This document shows positions 59,299 to 64,000 of a stretch of DNA of 64,000 bases, piece after piece. The translations under genes and the position numbers were made by a program. Under the pieces are notes generated by a model. That model was not told where the DNA came from. It saw only the letters and a list, made by a program, of their open reading frames with translations, and did no database searches. Positions within the stretch are counted from its first letter, which is position 1; each line of letters starts with the position of its first letter. The DNA is from Candidatus Bathyarchaeota archaeon (GTDB lineage Archaea; Thermoproteota; Bathyarchaeia; TCS64), in assembly GCA_963771885.1 (NCBI GenBank), contig CAVYVF010000022.1:256001-320000 (forward strand). The letters are read 5' to 3'.

Positions 59299-61454
59299 CT
59301 CTCACGAGTACGAGGAAGAGGAGAAGCAGAAGCAGCCCCGCTATATAGAGCAGGTTCATGCTCAGATAGCCGGTCTGTACCTTCTTCACCTGATTCCAGA
59401 GACCTGTGAAGCCTCGTGGAGCTGAGTCGTTGATGCCGAGCATAGCGGCCTCGAAGGTGTTGTTGATGCCCCTGCATAAAGCGAGGAGACCGTTTACGCC
59501 AACGGCATAGTAGAGGTCGTTAATGTACCACCTGTTCCAGAGGAAGCTGTGTATCGGCGCGAGTATCTTGCTGTGGCTGACTATCTGCCAGGCATTGTAC
59601 CTCTTGGCCATGTAGAGGAGGTAGGCTACGATACCACCGACGAGTATAATTGCGCCACTTGAGCCAATAGCAGTCAACTTCGTGGCGTCCGCCACATGCG
59701 ACTCGGCGAACTCTACTCCGGCAGCCGCGAATATCTCGGGGACATTCAGCCCCTCGACTACCCTAGCCATCTGGTGCTCGATGAACACTTCGGGGCTGTA
59801 GCTGGGTACGAAGAACCCGACTAGCCCGAGGGCGCTCACGCCGAGCATGATAACTACCAGCACCGCTATGGGTCCCCACATGATGGTGGGACTCTCGTGA
59901 ATATGGTGGCCCTCGTGCTCGAGCTCGTGGATGAAGTGGCTCTTCTCACCATAGAAGACCATGTAGATGTAGCGCGCACTGTAGATGAGTGTCATCAGCG
60001 CCGTGACGACGGCGACGACGTATAGCACGTTGGTCAGAGTGAGCCCGGCGTTGAGGCTCGCTACGAAGACGGCGTCCTTGCTCCAGAAGCCGCTGAACGG
60101 CGGGATACCCGCCAGGCTCAGCGTCGCGAGGAGCATGAGTATCTTCGTGAAAGGCATCTCTTTCCCAAGTCCACCCATTTGATCCATGTAGATCGTTTCG
60201 ACGGCGTGGATGACGCTGCCTGCGCCGAGGAAGAGCGCCGCCTTGAACAGTGCGTGGCTGACTAGGTGGAAGACGCCTGAGGTGAGCCCCGGTAGGAGGT
60301 TGCCCTCCCCTGAGTCCGGAGACACCGAGTCCGAGCATCATGAATCCGATCTGGCTTACAGTCGAGTAGGCGAGGACCTTCTTCAGCTCTAGCGCCACCA
60401 TCGCCTGGCTCGCGGCGAGGAACGCCGTGAAGGCGCCGACGATGGCGATTGCCACGAAGTAGGTCTGTGCCTCGGCGAGGTGCTCGGCAAACGTGCCGAT
60501 GTAGAAGGCGGGTGCCATCCTCGCGACGAGGTAGACGCCTGCCTTGACCATCGTCGCGGCGTGGATGAGCGCGCTGACGGCCGTCGGGCCCGCCATCGCC
60601 TCGGGGAGCCACTCGTGGAGCGGGAACTGTGCGCTCTTGCCTATTGGTCCTCCGAGGAAGAGCAGGGCGGTTACGCTGAGGAGCCCGGGTACGGCGGAGA
60701 TCGCCGCCATCCACTCAGGCGCCCTCTCGATAAGCTCAATGAAGTTCAGTGTCCCGGCGTAGTTGTAGATGACGAAGATCGCGCCGAGGAGGAAGACGTC
60801 GCCGATGCCCGTGACCACGAAGGCTTTCATGCCCGCGTGGCTGGGGGGAAACATCTTGGTCGGCGGGGGTCCGCCGAGCCATCTCTCCTTGTTGTCGCGG
60901 TAGTAGTAGCCGATCAGTCCGTAGCTACAGAGTCCGACGCCTTCCCACCCGATCAGCATCTGGATCAGGTTGTCGGAGAGGACGAGGAGTAGCATGCTGC
61001 CGATGAAGAAGAGGAAGAAGAACCAGTAGCGGGTGAGGTGCTCGTCGCCGTGCATGTAGCCGACGCTGTAGACGACGATAAGGAAAGCGATGAAGGCGAC
61101 AACGTTAGCTATCATGATGCTGAGGGGGTCAATTAGGACGCCCAGCATGAGCGGGTTGCCGTTGGGGTATGTGATCCATGTGGCAACCTGTATGTCGAGT
61201 GTCGCGTGTTCTGCCCAGAGTCCAGGCAGGAGCGAGGCCGCCGCGACAACGGCGCCTAATGCGAATAGGACCGCCGCGTAGTCGCGAACCTTGTGGCCCG
61301 CCTTTGCGATAAGCGGCATGAGTAATGCGCCTGCCATTGGGATAAGGAAGCATAGCCACGGCCACGGGTTGGTCATGAACGCCTCCCACCCGGTGACCTG
61401 GGCGGAGATCAGTTGAGGTGTCTCCTCCGCTAGTATATTCAGTAGATTGATCAT
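59291..61454 (-). CDS. nuoL: complex I-like antiporter subunit L, +1 frameshift near 60308
   Basis: GWEGVGLCSY, GKSAQFPLHEWLPEAMAGPT, IHAATMV, then HALFKAALFL, GFWSKD and a C-terminal arm. Confidence 0.88.
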
Positions 61455-62935
61455 GGAATTATCACCTTTACGTAGCTAGTGAGGTTGAGAAGCGCCTTCG
61501 CCGCCTCTGTCGCGTAAGCGATCATCGGTGCGGGCCACACACCGAAGAGTATGATGAGTGTGGCCATTGCGACGGTGACGCCGAGCATGAAAGGCGGAGC
61601 CTCCTTCGAAGCCTTCAATGACTCCTTGGGCTGGCCCACGGTCGCCTTCATGACGCGCAGGTAGTAGACCATGCTAAGGGCGCTGTTCAGCACCGCGACG
61701 ACTGTAAGCCACCAGAAGCCCGGCTCAATGGCGGAGCCGAAGAGCAGGTACTTGCTGATGAACCCAGCCGTACCGGGCACGCCGCCTAGGCCGAGCATCG
61801 CGATGAACATCGTCAGCGTCGTTATCGGCATCACCTTGCTGATGCCGCGGAGCTTCTCGATGTCCCGGCTCCCCGTTTCCTCGATCATCGAGCCGGCGGA
61901 GAGGAAAGCTAGGCCCTTCATCAGGCTGTGGTTGAAGACGTGGAGGAAGAGGCCGGTGAGGCCCATGATGCTCCCGCTCGCGACGCCTATTAGCATGTAG
62001 CCGACCTGGGCGATGCTCGAGTATGCGAGCATCCTCTTGACATCGGTCTGCAGCACGGCGACCACGTTTGCGAAGGTCATGGTTATCACGGCGAGCGCAG
62101 CGACCATTAGGCTGAAGTCAGCGATGGGGAAGGTGATATAGAGTATCCTCGTGAGTCCGTAGAGTGCGGTCTCGATGAGGATGCCCGATAGCATTGCGCT
62201 GATTGGGCTCGGCGCCTCGGGGTGTGCGTCGGGGAGCCAGGTGTGCAGCGGTACAATCGCTGACTTGATACCGAAACCTACCACGAAAATGACCATGGCG
62301 ACCATCATCCAGAGGCCTGCCCCACCTATGTGGAGGGAGCTGCTGATCTGGGCGAAGTTCACCGTCCCCGCCATGCCGTAGATGAGGGCGATGCCGAGGA
62401 GGAGCATGGTTGAGCCGACGGCTCCCATAACCATGTACTTGAAGCCGGCCTCGACGGGGCCCCAGTTGTCCTTCCTGAAGGCGACGAGCACGTAGCTCGT
62501 GATGCCCATCAGCTCCCAGAAGACGAAGAATGTGAAGAAGTCGCCCGCGAAGGCGACACCGATGATGCCGACTACGAGCGCTGAGAGCAGAGTGTAATAC
62601 TCCGTCAAACGCGTGTCGTGACGCATGTAATTGTAGCTGTAGATGGTGGCGAAGACGCCCAGTAGTGCGGCGCTGAACGCCATGTAGATGCTGAGCATGT
62701 CGATCTCGAAGCAGGCACCGAGCGGCGGAGCGCCACCTAGTGTAACGACGAGTATCCCCGTAGTGCTCGACTGAACCATCGTGTAGAGCTGCCAGACGCC
62801 CGCAAGGGTGCCGAGGCTCGCAATCATCGCGACGCCCTCGCGCAGATTCGCTATCTTCATGCGGTCTGCCAGGAGCCCGAAGAGCACGACGGCGAAGGGG
62901 GCGAACAGGAAGATGAGTTCTATGCCCATCACCAC
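61451..62935 (-). CDS. nuoN: complex I-like antiporter subunit N / MrpD-like
   Basis: FVFWELM, EAGFKY, PLHTWLPDAH, KRMLAYSSIAQ, YYLR. Confidence 0.75.
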   Translation of the reverse strand: MVMGIELIFLFAPFAVVLFGLLADRMKIANLREGVAMIASLGTLAGVWQLYTMVQSSTTGILVVTLGGAPPLGACFEIDMLSIYMAFSAALLGVFATIYSYNYMRHDTRLTEYYTLLSALVVGIIGVAFAGDFFTFFVFWELMGITSYVLVAFRKDNWGPVEAGFKYMVMGAVGSTMLLLGIALIYGMAGTVNFAQISSSLHIGGAGLWMMVAMVIFVVGFGIKSAIVPLHTWLPDAHPEAPSPISAMLSGILIETALYGLTRILYITFPIADFSLMVAALAVITMTFANVVAVLQTDVKRMLAYSSIAQVGYMLIGVASGSIMGLTGLFLHVFNHSLMKGLAFLSAGSMIEETGSRDIEKLRGISKVMPITTLTMFIAMLGLGGVPGTAGFISKYLLFGSAIEPGFWWLTVVAVLNSALSMVYYLRVMKATVGQPKESLKASKEAPPFMLGVTVAMATLIILFGVWPAPMIAYATEAAKALLNLTSYVKVIIP

Positions 62936-63243
62936 TTCAGCCTCCTCATCTCATCGACCTCAGTCGTCTTGAACTGCTTGTAGGCATTGACGATCAGTGC
63001 CAGGCCGACGGCGATCGTGCTGCCGCCGAGAATTATTGACATGAAGGCTAGGCTCTGGCCAAGTGGATCAACGAAGCCCGCCGCTATCCTGTAGGATGCG
63101 AAGTAGACGAGTGCGAGATTGCCCGCGTTGAGAATGAGCTCGACGCCGAGGAGTATGCGTATCATACTCTTCTGCGCTACACAGTAGAGGCCGATGCACA
63201 TCAGCGCGAAGATTGCGCCGATGAAGACGACGTCGTTCGCCAT
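62929..63243 (-). CDS. nuoK: complex I-like subunit K
   Basis: IGLYC, RILLGVELILN, VGLALIV, C-terminal RRLKW; start ATG 63243. Confidence 0.85.
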   Translation of the reverse strand: MANDVVFIGAIFALMCIGLYCVAQKSMIRILLGVELILNAGNLALVYFASYRIAAGFVDPLGQSLAFMSIILGGSTIAVGLALIVNAYKQFKTTEVDEMRRLKW

Positions 63244-63518
63244 CAGCGTTTCTCCTCCCGAAGGAGCGCCAGGCAACTGATCGCCGTGGCGAATAGTATG
63301 AGTGTCTGCATAATCATATCGAGACCCCTGAAGTTCCAGAGGAAGTTGCTCATCCCGCCTCCGAGCGCGCCCGCGTCCTGCGTCGAGAGCAGCTCCCTGC
63401 TCAGATACGAGGCGTGGGGGAAGGGCTCGGTCGAGACGACGTAGAGGAGGCTGAGGAAGAGCAGCGCCATGACTATGAGGCTGGCGGCTTTTACACCGCT
63501 TCCACCGTTCTCACTCAT
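63243..63518 (-). CDS. NuoJ C-terminal half / MrpB-MbhE-like small membrane subunit
   Basis: LWNFRGLD..Q motif, two TM helices. Confidence 0.7.
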   Translation of the reverse strand: MSENGGSGVKAASLIVMALLFLSLLYVVSTEPFPHASYLSRELLSTQDAGALGGGMSNFLWNFRGLDMIMQTLILFATAISCLALLREEKR

Positions 63519-63760
63519 TGACCCTCACTCCTGACGAACATTATGACCGCGACGAATAGGACGACTACAGCTCCCCCGTAGATGAGCATCTGGAATAGGC
63601 CAACATATGGGGCGTAGAGCGTCCAATATAGGGCGCCGAGGCATAGGCACATCGCGCCGAGGCTCAGAGCCGCGTAGAGCAGGTTCTTCAACCCAGCGGC
63701 GCCGAGGGCGAACGCGATGGTCGCTGCCAGTATACCGAACTGTACTAGCTCGGATGCCAT
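63515..63760 (-). CDS. nuoJ: NuoJ N-terminal half
   Basis: NLLYAAL.L, LY..L.APYVGLFQMLIYGGAV.VLF. Confidence 0.8.
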   Translation of the reverse strand: MASELVQFGILAATIAFALGAAGLKNLLYAALSLGAMCLCLGALYWTLYAPYVGLFQMLIYGGAVVVLFVAVIMFVRSEGQ

Positions 63761-64000
63761 CAGTGCTTCGCCTCCTTGTGAGCCGCCGGCTTTTTAGCCA
63801 GGGCTGCCTGCTCCGCTGGCTTCTCAGCCGGAGCAGGTGCTGCGCGGGCGCCGGTGCCGCTGGACTTCACGGCGGGCGTCGGTGGCGCGCGTCGGCGTCC
63901 TCTTGAAGTCGAGATATCTCGTCCGCCTTGTTGATGACGGCGAGCTCGTATGCCGTGGTGAGCCATATCGCCCCAGTAGGGCAGCTCTCCTCGCACTGCT
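63760..64000 (-). CDS. nuoI: NuoI-like 4Fe-4S subunit, C-terminal part, frameshifted
   Basis: Edge frame QCEESCPTGAIWLTTAYELA; an Ala/Pro/Lys tail in another frame ends at a TGATG overlap with nuoJ. Confidence 0.7.
   Translation of the reverse strand, partial: AVRGELPYWGDMAHHGIRARRHQQGGRDISTSRGRRRAPPTPAVKSSGTGARAAPAPAEKPAEQAALAKKPAAHKEAKH

Noticed and set aside
276..63906. Numerous short antisense and alternate-frame ORFs in the track
   Set aside because: They overlap well-supported genes and are typical of GC-rich codon bias
1..64000. Genome-wide TAG recoding (pyrrolysine or Gln)
   Set aside because: TAG ends many genes at their expected C-termini (polB after the PIP box, ABCE1, cobA), and no pyl genes are in the window

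Overview
GC-rich archaeal chromosomal window. TFB, a B1-type PolB, ABCE1, an A-type ATP synthase and TATA/GGTGA signals fit a TACK-lineage anaerobe, plausibly Bathyarchaeia (inference). It is mostly housekeeping and metabolic genes: tfb, a heterodimeric ABC exporter, udg, htpX, argS, tRNA-Arg(CCG), class II RNR with cobalamin adenosyltransferase, short XPF, mobB, a beta-CASP RNase, xylB with a xylA-like gene, ABCE1, arsM, tag, speB, polB, asnS, several amidohydrolases, prsW, htrA, an atpFHEABDC operon (atpI lies about 50 kb away at the left edge) and a complex I-like nuoI-J-K-N-L-M cluster. I found no CRISPR array, integrase or transposase. Eight genes, plus the partial nuoI, are broken by single extra bases, most likely read or assembly errors. 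Strongest leads: (1) an NMP-kinase-like/NDT-glycosidase fusion with a PIP-box-like tail, directly upstream of nrdJ-cobA; (2) a tightly paired three-way-junction leader on a VIT1-like metal transporter gene, a riboswitch candidate; (3) a phased TAACA array upstream of htrA; (4) an indel-free gene with seven in-frame stops, six of them TAG; (5) a PurF homolog with a dead glutaminase domain; (6) an apparent ACG start for XPF. All family assignments come from reading motifs by eye; no database searches were run.
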